From: a virus
Taxonomy: Duplodnaviria; Caudoviricetes
IMG/VR virus record: IMGVR_UViG_3300049489_000776
Coordinates: 1 to 55,910 of that record
Direction: 5' to 3' (one strand)
Length of the DNA stretch: 55,910 nucleotides
The notes beneath the pieces are model-generated. The model was not told the origin of the DNA. It saw only the letters and a program-made list of their open reading frames with translations, and did not search any database. Position 1 is the stretch's first letter. The number at the start of each line of letters is the position of its first letter. This document shows, piece after piece, positions 27,927 through 36,196 of the stretch. The position numbers and the translations under genes are program-made.

Positions 27927-28760
27927 TTAAGCCGATTTTAGGACTCTGCAAGATTGCACCACAAAGCCCGACGTGTCAGACTTGGCCTTGCCTTTTGCAG
28001 TGAGTCCTACAATAATTCCAGAGCCATTGTTACCGTCTAAAAATCTTAAGTCGTGCAAGTCGCCGTCAATAACTTTAATGCCGTGATAGACTTCAGGCCG
28101 TGACTTAAAAACCATTGCAACATTAAGACCTGCGTCAAGCGCTGCCTGCCATTGCACTGCATTGCATTCTGAGGCACTAAATGTTATGTTATAATTTTTA
28201 TAAGTTTGAGACTTAAGTCCATACTGTAAATTTTTTGTATAATCGTAAAACTGAACGTCTGGAAACATTTCAAAAATGTTTAGACCTTGCACGCGGTGCG
28301 CAATCCAATTAATGTCAGTCGTGCCGTTAAGTCTTATAACTAACTGTTTACCGCGCTTAACTTTAGCTCTAAGCTTAGACACTTCGGCCATTGCATGCTT
28401 AACAAAGTCCGAAGTAAACTGTATATAATATAAAGCTTTTCTAAGTCTAGCTCGAGCAACGGAATCAAAGCGTCCCCGCCCCGCTGTATTTAAGCAAGCT
28501 TGCATGCAGCCCGGACTTGCATTAGGGCATAATGAACCACGTCTATTTAAAGCACTATAACCCATTGACGCTGGACTCATGTATAAGATATAAGACTCAT
28601 ACTTAGTAAACCTATTGTTTTTGGCTAATTTAGCACTTGAGGCCGCTGCAGTAAATAATTTAATTTTACTTAAAGCCGTTTTTAGTTTCTCAACTTGAAC
28701 GGAGTCCAATGTTTTTGCATCCTTAAGTCCTTCTATTTGCTGGTCAAGTGATTTGAACAT
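27927..28760 (-). CDS. GP88-like Cys-cluster (radical-SAM-related) phage protein
   Basis: CPNASPGCMQACL, RLNGTTDI, FYDYTK, DGDLHDLRF, GL.AKG.A. Confidence 0.8.
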   Translation of the reverse strand: MFKSLDQQIEGLKDAKTLDSVQVEKLKTALSKIKLFTAAASSAKLAKNNRFTKYESYILYMSPASMGYSALNRRGSLCPNASPGCMQACLNTAGRGRFDSVARARLRKALYYIQFTSDFVKHAMAEVSKLRAKVKRGKQLVIRLNGTTDINWIAHRVQGLNIFEMFPDVQFYDYTKNLQYGLKSQTYKNYNITFSASECNAVQWQAALDAGLNVAMVFKSRPEVYHGIKVIDGDLHDLRFLDGNNGSGIIVGLTAKGKAKSDTSGFVVQSCRVLKSA

Positions 28761-28792
28761 TTTTAATCTCCTAGTTAAGTGTTTATAAGAAT

Positions 28793-28821
28793 ACTATAAC
28801 ATGCAAATAAAAATCGTGCAA
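28793..28821 (-). promoter_or_regulatory. sigma70-type promoter
   Basis: TTGCAC-17-TATAGT. Confidence 0.65.
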
Positions 28822-28840
28822 GTGTTTTTTAAAATAAACT

Positions 28841-28869
28841 TAAGACCGCCCCGTTTTGAGGCAGTCTTA
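28841..28869 (-). terminator. Stem-loop after DUF932-like gene
   Basis: TAAGAC.GCC...GGC.GTCTTA inverted repeat followed by a U-rich run on the - strand. Confidence 0.5.
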
Positions 28870-28879
28870 AAATGAGACG

Positions 28880-29707
28880 CTAGGCTGCCAATTGAATGGC
28901 TAAGTCGAATGCTGCTTGATTCATGTTCAGTTGAGACGTAACACTTGCTAAGCGCTTTGTTTTGGTCGTAACCTGTTTAACGTCTATAACTTGGCCTTGA
29001 GCGTCCACAATATTTTTATTATAAGTGTATACAATGCCGCCCCGGAGCAAGCTCTCTTGTATACGATTAAAAACTGTATAAGCATCTTGAGCAGTATCAG
29101 CATTGCGTATAACACGATTCGCAGACTCATAGTCAATTGCTACGATATTCTTAACATTGCTTAATCTTAGGTCAACTAAGCTTGTAACTAGTTCATTCAA
29201 AGCAGTTTCAGTATAGCTTTGGCCTGCAAGACGCTCAACTACACTGGTTAACTCCTGAATATTAGAGCCCATGTATTGGATGCCAGTCTCTAAATTGGTT
29301 ATAAGATTGCCTGAATGCACAACTCTGAACGATTTAAGCACGCTGCCTGCTATAATACCATTTAAGCACGCAATCCTAAGCACGCCATAAAATAGTCTAA
29401 GAGCTGCACTACCGTCGTGAGAATTTAAGAGACACAATTGAGGCCGACTTTGGTTAGCTTGACTTAGGCCTTGAATACTCTGAAAGTCTGGATGCTCAAG
29501 TCTAACTATATGTTTTTGATAACCTTGTCTTAACTCATCTCTAGTCTTGGCTATCTGAGTATTTACAGGAGTCCAGCCTTGAGACTTAAAGGTTTCAAGT
29601 ACCTTGGCCGTGCTGATAAAGCCGTAACTCGGCTTAACTAAACTTGATGCTTGAGTCTGCTCAATTGGGTTTAGAGTCTGAGTCGGGTTTAAGATTAATG
29701 CATTCAT
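28880..29707 (-). CDS. DUF932/DUF945-like protein
   Basis: Y.FI.T, KH.VRL, LLNSHDG, R.AC.NG.I, TVFNRIQE.L.RGG. Confidence 0.85.
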   Translation of the reverse strand: MNALILNPTQTLNPIEQTQASSLVKPSYGFISTAKVLETFKSQGWTPVNTQIAKTRDELRQGYQKHIVRLEHPDFQSIQGLSQANQSRPQLCLLNSHDGSAALRLFYGVLRIACLNGIIAGSVLKSFRVVHSGNLITNLETGIQYMGSNIQELTSVVERLAGQSYTETALNELVTSLVDLRLSNVKNIVAIDYESANRVIRNADTAQDAYTVFNRIQESLLRGGIVYTYNKNIVDAQGQVIDVKQVTTKTKRLASVTSQLNMNQAAFDLAIQLAA

Positions 29708-29740
29708 TTTATATACTCCTTGTTTATTGTTTATAGTATC

Positions 29741-29767
29741 TTATCGGTCAAATAAAAATTAACTTTA
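29741..29767 (-). promoter_or_regulatory. sigma28/FliA-type promoter
   Basis: TAAAGTT..N15..ACCGATAA. Confidence 0.75.
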
Positions 29768-30028
29768 GTCTATTTTAAAATATTTATCGGCGTCTCGAAT
29801 CGGCTCAGCGTCCTCACGCTCCGCAAGCCATTCCATGTATAGCTTATTCAAGTCCTGCTTATCATATAGCAAGTCGCCGTCCTTATCAGTGTAAAACTCT
29901 TGAGCGTGCACTTCACCACAGCATAGTAGTGGCGGGTCAAGCTGATTATCGTCACCACAATATGGGCAAGCTATGGTCTTATTTAAAGTGCTTAAAAATA
30001 ATTCATATAGTCTTTTATCGTGTTTCAC
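29765..30028 (-). CDS. Zn-binding hypothetical protein
   Basis: CPYC...CCGEVH; SD AAGGAG. Confidence 0.6.
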   Translation of the reverse strand: MKHDKRLYELFLSTLNKTIACPYCGDDNQLDPPLLCCGEVHAQEFYTDKDGDLLYDKQDLNKLYMEWLAEREDAEPIRDADKYFKID

Positions 30029-30159
30029 TATTTTGCTCCTTGTAATTGGTTAACTACTGTTTCAATTGTGCCGTTGTTAAGTCCGTTCAAGGCAACTGCT
30101 ACTTGCACCGCTATCAATATTGCAATAATACTAAACCCGGTTACTATAACTTGTTTCAT
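30028..30159 (-). CDS. 43-aa single-TM protein (absent from ORF track)
   Basis: MKQVIVTGFSIIAILIAVQVAVALNGLNNGTIETVVNQLQGAK; SD AAGGAG; upstream TTGACT-17-TAACTT. Confidence 0.65.
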   Translation of the reverse strand: MKQVIVTGFSIIAILIAVQVAVALNGLNNGTIETVVNQLQGAK

Positions 30160-30229
30160 TTTTAAGACTCCTTGTTAATTGTTTATAATCTTAAGTTACA
30201 CCTTAAATAAACATTAGTCAACTAATAAT

Positions 30230-30577
30230 TTAAGGCGTCTCATATTTAGACGTATCAAGTGTCGCGTGCTTATCAGTTTTTAAGTTGAGCCATACAGTAG
30301 CAACCACGAACAAGTTACCCTTAGGTCTGCATACTATGACTAAGTCTTTAGTAGAATCGTAGGCCGTTCTATAGACTAACTTAAGCACTTGGCCATTGTC
30401 ATATTCAAGTTCAATGCAGCGTGCGTTATTAGTGTTTAATGACCTTGGCAGGACAATATTGCCCAAGCGGTCTGAAGTTGAGGCATGATGCGCGTGATTG
30501 CTATAAGTTAGCATAACAGTGCCTATTGATGGGTTGAAATTTTTTGGAAAGCCTAAGGTTACGTGGTATAGACTCAT
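30230..30577 (-). CDS. Hypothetical early protein
   Basis: SD AAGGAG; YSNHA...TVWLN...DKHATLD pattern. Confidence 0.65.
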   Translation of the reverse strand: MSLYHVTLGFPKNFNPSIGTVMLTYSNHAHHASTSDRLGNIVLPRSLNTNNARCIELEYDNGQVLKLVYRTAYDSTKDLVIVCRPKGNLFVVATVWLNLKTDKHATLDTSKYETP

Positions 30578-30608
30578 TTTATTTACTCCTTGTTTACTGC
30601 TAATTAAC

Positions 30609-30635
30609 TTATCGTCTATTTATAAATTAACTTTA
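30609..30635 (-). promoter_or_regulatory. sigma28/FliA-type promoter
   Basis: TAAAGTT..N15..GACGATAA. Confidence 0.7.
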
Positions 30636-30707
30636 GACCTTAAATGAGAATTGGTCAATTTATTTTTCAAATTAATTTTGTCTATATATTAATAAGCTTG
30701 CTTAAAC

Positions 30708-30736
30708 TTGACAACCTGCAAAAAGTGTGCCATTAT
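30708..30736 (+). promoter_or_regulatory. sigma70-type promoter overlapped by an antisense sigma54 box
   Basis: TTGACA-17-CATTAT; TGGCACACTTTTTGCA on - strand at 30717-30732. Confidence 0.65.
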
Positions 30737-31397
30737 GAGACTAACACTCTAACCCAGCTATACAAGCTATAGGATACTACACATGCGCCGCAAGAATCAT
30801 GCCAAGTACTCACAAAAATCCACCCAAGCCACCAAAAAACTACACAAAAATCCCAAAATGAAACAAAAGCGCTTGCAAAGTCCTAAATTTGAGACTTCTC
30901 AGGATGCTTATCAAGTCAAACAAGGCAAACATGGCAAGCATCCTGCGCGGTCTGGGCTCTGTCCCTGCAAAAACGAGACCAGTCCTAAACTTGAGACTTT
31001 AAAGCCTGCCTGCAAAGTCAAGACCAGTCCTAAATTTGAGACAAAGCCACCTTGCAAGATTCGTGCCAAGCCTCAAACACAACACAATAAACTTGGCAAG
31101 CATCCTAGCAAGTCTAAGCCTTGGCATGATTCTTGCAAGGTCGGTCTTAAATCTAAACCTGGCACAGTTCTTGCAAAGGAGCCAAAACGGGACGCAACTT
31201 GGCATGATTCTCCGCGTACAAAAATTGTCACTTCCCAAGATGAGGCGTCTCAATTTGGAGCACAAAAATCACTGCCCAGCTCTGAGAATCGGTCCCCTGC
31301 CACGCCACAAGGCTCAAGGCTTCAATTGGCACGTGGGGTCAAGGCCTTGGGCAAGGGTCCTAAGAAGTCTAAGGATAGACTTGGCACGAATCTTGCA
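30717..31397. promoter_or_regulatory. Right array of sigma54 boxes and GTCCTAAA(T/C)TTGAGAC palindromes
   Basis: GG-N10-GC boxes at 30717(-), 30789(-), 30932(+), 31053(-), 31122(+), 31160(+), 31382(+); palindromes at 30880, 30982, 31027. Confidence 0.8.
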
Positions 31398-31469
31398 AGG
31401 CGGCCTTCTAAGGTTAAACCTGCTAAGCAGCCTAAGACAGCTAAGGTTAAGCAGGTCCTAAGCGCTGCC

Positions 31470-31997
31470 ATGTTAGCTGGCCACAAAAAATCTAGTGATA
31501 CGCAGCGGGCTGCTCACTTGATTAAGAAATCTAAAGCTACTCCAAAGTTAGGCTCAAAGGCATTTAAAGACTTGCAAGGGGAGTGGTACGCTAAACTTAA
31601 GCAAGCAGGATTCGAAGATTTAGAGTCACTAAAATCGGCAGACGGGTTAGACGGTCTATTAAGTACACGTGGAGCTCAACCGCAAGCTAAGTTTGCCGAT
31701 GCGGCGCTTAGTGGGCGTGACTTATACTATCGTAGATTGACCAACTTTATAACTCATAACCCTAATTGGAGCGCCTCAAAGCTATACAACCTTGTGGCCC
31801 TGCTATATATTGAGGGAGTCTCTTATCGTAAAATCCTGCCTCAGGTTTATAAGCAGCTTAAGATTAAGTCCAATGTCTGGCGCATTCATAAGATAGTTAA
31901 GTTACTAGAGCAGCGTGCCTTAACTTGGAATAGAAGCCACCACGAGGGAATTGACTTTGTCTCAGATTTAGAACTTAATAAGAAGCTTCTAAAGTAG
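31470..31997 (+). CDS. Basic DNA-binding-like protein, candidate transcription regulator (3' part of ORF 30783-31997; start uncertain)
   Basis: LQGEWYAKLKQAGFEDLE and HTH-like LY.EG.SYR.I...L....WRIHKIV. Confidence 0.55.
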   Translation: MLAGHKKSSDTQRAAHLIKKSKATPKLGSKAFKDLQGEWYAKLKQAGFEDLESLKSADGLDGLLSTRGAQPQAKFADAALSGRDLYYRRLTNFITHNPNWSASKLYNLVALLYIEGVSYRKILPQVYKQLKIKSNVWRIHKIVKLLEQRALTWNRSHHEGIDFVSDLELNKKLLK

Positions 31998-32017
31998 CTT
32001 GACAAAGTTGCCGATAA
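31990..32017 (+). promoter_or_regulatory. sigma28/FliA-type promoter (overlapping a TTGACA)
   Basis: TAAAGT..N16..GCCGATAA, consensus -10. Confidence 0.8.
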
Positions 32018-32061
32018 CATGATAAGCTTAGTTAAATAACCTTAACCAGGGGAGTGAGTCT

Positions 32062-33407
32062 ATGAAACAATTTAAGATAGGTGACAAAGTGAGAATTGAA
32101 CTTTGGAATGGAACCTATGAGGGTACAGTCACGCAAGTATTTGAGCGCTGCTTAAGTATTAATCACTATGACTCAGCAGGTCGCTCTATCACAGCAGATT
32201 TTAAAGTCGTGACAAAGTTACCAGACGTGACTGACATAGGGTATGCAACATGGCTTCAATAATTAATAGCAGTTTTTACTATGGCATTGTGTTTGGTCAA
32301 TTTTTGACTATTATAGTTGTCTACGGAGCTGCTGCTCTGTTTGATTACTTAGAGGCCAAGTTTAAGTGAGGCGTCTTATAATTTATAATGCTAAGAATGA
32401 TTCTATCTGGCAAGTTACAGGCCTGCAAGGTACTTACGTGACACTAAGTGCACCGGGTGAATATGAGGTTAGCTTAACTTTAGAGCAGTTCTGTAATTGT
32501 AAGTGGTTAATTATTTTAGGAGGACTAGATGATTGAGTTAAATCAGACCTACTGCATGCCAAGACATAAGACATACTGGCAGGTAATTAAAATAGACCAG
32601 TTTGTTTACTTAAAAGGAAAACATACAACCTTAGAATGCAGGCAAGGAACCTTAGAGTGGTTACTTGAGCGAGGCATTTTGAAACTGGTGGAGCGTGCTT
32701 GATACGTTATACTATAACCCACACTTAGATTTAATCTATTTAATAACACATTGCCAAAACGGGTATGTATCAATATTGACTGAGCAAGATAATGTAGATG
32801 AGATACCAGGAACTGCTGAAATAGGTCAGTTAGTAAAAATGAAAACTATTGATAGCTGCTTATTAAGAGGCGTGCTAATATTCATAGGAGATTTATAAGT
32901 GAACATTTTAAAAGCGCTAATACTAACCTTGGCCCCTGCTCTGCTTGGCCTATCAAGCACGTACCTAGAAATTTACCAGTATGACTTAAGTACGCTCTTA
33001 AGAATTATTGGCCTGCAATTATACTATGTAGAGTTTAGATGGTTAGCAATTAGTCTAGTTCTTAATATGTGGCTTCTTTGGAAACTTGATAAGCAAGCTA
33101 AAAACGGTGCGAAGCCGCAGGCTGAGCTAAAGGAATCCTAAAAGTGAAGCTATACTTTTATAAAACTGAGCACGACTGTTATCCTGAAGATTCTATAAAG
33201 CCTCAACTGGCTCTATGGTGGTTATACTTTAATGGCAGTTCTAAGAAGCAGCTTGAGAGACGAAACAAGTATAGACTAAAATCGGGCTTTGCTAAAGTCC
33301 TGGACGAAGGGTGCTACTTCACAGCCGAGTTATGGATTGGCCAATTTAAACTTGGCTTTAATTTAGAAGTGCGTCCATCAAAGTACGAACCTGGAGCGCG
33401 GCCTTAA
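32062..33407 (+). CDS. Cluster of small hypothetical genes (32062-32262, three short unlisted ORFs, 32695-32898, 32899-33141, 33144-33407)
   Basis: Coupled ORFs with SD motifs; first has SH3/KOW-like FKIGDKV. Confidence 0.55.
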
Positions 33408-33461
33408 GTCTAGTGCCTAGCACCCATAAACTGCCAAGTCTATAGCCAGCCTATCTAAATC

Positions 33462-33475
33462 CTAACAAAGCAACT
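33462..33475 (+). promoter_or_regulatory. Putative late promoter motif CTAAC-N5-AACY (also 6193, 37624, 39839, 42990, 48587, 54274)
   Basis: Seven co-oriented copies at gene boundaries of the late arm. Confidence 0.7.
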
Positions 33476-33514
33476 CTATTGTAATATAAAGCAATGTATT
33501 AAATAAGGGTTACT

Positions 33515-33859
33515 ATGTCAGAGCCACGTCCTCAAAAACGCATCTTCCCAGTGCAGTCACCAGAAGGTGTACCTGCAAAACAAGTCACAGACGTTTCTAT
33601 TATTCTTGCACCAACTGTAAACACGCTTACTTCAGACGCCCTATCAATAATTCAAACCGAAATAGCTCGCTATAAGCATAAATCAAACGCTGGCAAGTTA
33701 GACCAGGCCGACCATAGAATTATTCAAGGTTATCTAAAATCGCTAGCCGAACTAGACCGAGTGCAGCGCGGACGGGACGATGATATGGACTTAGCTAATG
33801 CAACCGATGAAGAGTTACTAAAAATGGTCGAATCTCTTAGAACAAAACAAAAACCCTAA
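33515..33859 (+). CDS. Possible terminase small subunit
   Basis: First late gene; helical, C-terminal DLANATDEEL motif. Confidence 0.45.
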   Translation: MSEPRPQKRIFPVQSPEGVPAKQVTDVSIILAPTVNTLTSDALSIIQTEIARYKHKSNAGKLDQADHRIIQGYLKSLAELDRVQRGRDDDMDLANATDEELLKMVESLRTKQKP

Positions 33860-33876
33860 AACCCAGGAGCAATATT

Positions 33877-34481
33877 GTGGATGATAAATTAACCTATGAG
33901 CAAATACAAATAACTTACCGAGACCTGTGCGCCGAATTAGGCCACTTGTCGCTAGTGCAAGAAAATACTACAAGCCGCTTACAAAGTATTAGGACGGCTA
34001 TTCAAGAGTTAGACAAGAAAGCTGCTGCGCTTAAAGAAGAGGAAGTTAAGCAGGCTTCCGCTGGACAAGCAGCAGATGCTAAAAACGCTGCGAAGCCGCA
34101 GGCTGAGCTGAAGTCAGTAGAAGTAACTGAAGAAGTTTCCAAATGAACGGACAAGACACTTCAGCAGCACACTCGGCGCTGCAATATATCATCTCTAAAG
34201 CCATGCTTGAAGGCAAGACTGGAAAAACTACTTTAGAAATTCCCATGACGGATATGTATAATGAATTTGAAGGGCCTCGCTTCACAAATGAGGCAACTGC
34301 TCTAGTTTTAAAACTCGAAATAGTAACTTCGTGGAACATGGGCTCACCAGAAGGTGACCTGGACATAGACGATGAAGGGGACATCGGCCTCGACGAATTT
34401 ATAACCGGCTCCGAAGATGAACTTGAAGATGATGAGTCTGAAGAAGACTCTGGAAAAGGAACTAAAAATGGACTCAATTAG
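33877..34481 (+). CDS. Two hypothetical genes (33877-34146 coiled coil; 34143-34481 acidic tail)
   Basis: SD AGGAG; ATGA coupling. Confidence 0.6.
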
Positions 34482-35025
34482 AAGTACTCCCAAAAACGTT
34501 TCAGTAAAGATACGTCCCGCTCTGGAAGCAGACGTTGCTTTTATTTTCTCCACCTGGCTCCGCTCTTACAGAGATTCAATCTTTGCTGCCAATATTAGCA
34601 CGACCGTGTTTTATGCAGAGCACCACAAAGTAGTAGAAAAGTTACTTAAGTCGTGCGAGGTTTACGTTGCATGCGCTGCAGATGATATATCAGAGTTATA
34701 CGGCTACATCTGTGCTCAAAAAATTGATGGTATTTTAGTGGTGCACTATGCTTACGTGAAGCACTCGTTCCGCAGACTAGGAATAGGTGCTCAGCTATTA
34801 GGAATGATTGATTATGACCCGACTAAGGCCTCAATTTACACACACTTGACTAAAACTGCACGCACTCTGGCAACTAAATATGGATTCATACATAGCCCGT
34901 ACATTGCCTTAACAGGAGAGTACCAAAAGGCAACTGCTACTCGCCTGCGCAAAGCTGATAAAGAAAACCTATACGGCGATGAGGCCAAGGAGCGTACCGA
35001 TGAATACTACGGAAAAATTAAGTAA
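34468..35025 (+). CDS. GNAT-family acetyltransferase
   Basis: IRPA...D, YAYVKHSFRRLGIGAQLL acetyl-CoA motif; start at MDSIR. Confidence 0.8.
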   Translation: MDSIRSTPKNVSVKIRPALEADVAFIFSTWLRSYRDSIFAANISTTVFYAEHHKVVEKLLKSCEVYVACAADDISELYGYICAQKIDGILVVHYAYVKHSFRRLGIGAQLLGMIDYDPTKASIYTHLTKTARTLATKYGFIHSPYIALTGEYQKATATRLRKADKENLYGDEAKERTDEYYGKIK

Positions 35026-35221
35026 GCCAGAGTTAGAGCTAGATGAAGTAGACGCCGCTCAAATGCTTGAGCAGCACCGCAAAATGAAGCAGACCCTAAA
35101 ACGGTTATCAAAAAATCAGTTAATTCAATTACTGCTAGAACAAGTTAACCAAACCATCGAGCAGCAGAATGTAAATCGCATTCTCCTTGAAGGTCAAAAG
35201 GAGTCTCAAAATGTTAAGTAA
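35000..35221 (+). CDS. Hypothetical coiled-coil protein
   Basis: SD AAGGAG before MNTTE. Confidence 0.55.
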   Translation: MNTTEKLSKPELELDEVDAAQMLEQHRKMKQTLKRLSKNQLIQLLLEQVNQTIEQQNVNRILLEGQKESQNVK

Positions 35222-35951
35222 ACTTACAGCCCTGCTTTTACTAGCAGCCCCAAGCTACGCTGCAGAGAGTAATCAAGGAGTTATTGCACTAACCTCTGAT
35301 AATACTGTCGTCTTCAGGGGCGTGGTTAATGGAAGTTCCGTAGCCACTGCTCAGGTAAAATTAGCCGAACAAATTAATAAGCGCGGTAAAAAGCCCTACC
35401 CTTTATATCTAGTACTAGACACTCCAGGCGGAGGAATCAGTGCAGGAGAAGATTTTATTCAATTTGCTAAACGGGTACGCAATCTGCAGACCATTACAAT
35501 TTTTGCAGCGTCTATGGGCAGCGCAATTGTTGAGGCGCTCCCAGGTAAGCGTTATGTAACCGAAAATGGAGTGCTAATGTTTCACCGCGCCAAAGGTTCC
35601 TTCGACGGCCAGTTTGAAGACGGCGAAGTTGAGAGTGAACTTGCTTTAATTAAAACCGTGGTTCGTTTCATGGAACAACGAAATGCAGACAGGCTTGGGC
35701 TGACTTTAGCAGATTATAAATCTAAAGTAATTAATGAACTGTGGGCACACTCTAAGGACGCAGTAGTTCAAGGCATGGTCGATGAAGTCGTGACTCTAGA
35801 CTGCTCCATGGAGCTAATCGAATCCCGCGTGCATGTTATAAACGAAGGCCTATTTGGTGGCACGGACTTAATGTTTAGCGGCTGCCCACTTATACGTTCG
35901 CCAATTCCTCAAGTTAAAATTGAACCAATAATAGAAGGGCTACCAGAATGA
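35211..35951 (+). CDS. ClpP-like (S14/S49) serine protease with signal peptide
   Basis: LDTPGG, AASMG, LMFH; N-terminal MLSKLTALLLLAAPSYA after AAGGAG. Confidence 0.82.
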   Translation: MLSKLTALLLLAAPSYAAESNQGVIALTSDNTVVFRGVVNGSSVATAQVKLAEQINKRGKKPYPLYLVLDTPGGGISAGEDFIQFAKRVRNLQTITIFAASMGSAIVEALPGKRYVTENGVLMFHRAKGSFDGQFEDGEVESELALIKTVVRFMEQRNADRLGLTLADYKSKVINELWAHSKDAVVQGMVDEVVTLDCSMELIESRVHVINEGLFGGTDLMFSGCPLIRSPIPQVKIEPIIEGLPE

Positions 35952-36193
35952 AAATCACAAGAATTAAATTTTACCAAGCAGTTTCAATTTACAACGGAAC
36001 TAAGTTTACTCTAATCACGCACCTTAACATGGAGAATCCAGAAGTGAGTGGGATTAGGGGTATTGAGATTCTTGATAATGTTGGAGTTAAGGTTCTTACC
36101 TCAGGAGATTCTACAATTATAACCCTGAACAATATCGCCTTCATGAGCGGGCCAGAGCCTAAGGACGCGCCTAAAGTACTTAAGAAGGTCTAA
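35948..36193 (+). CDS. Hypothetical protein
   Basis: ATGA coupled. Confidence 0.55.
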   Translation: MKITRIKFYQAVSIYNGTKFTLITHLNMENPEVSGIRGIEILDNVGVKVLTSGDSTIITLNNIAFMSGPEPKDAPKVLKKV

Positions 36194-36196
36194 TGC

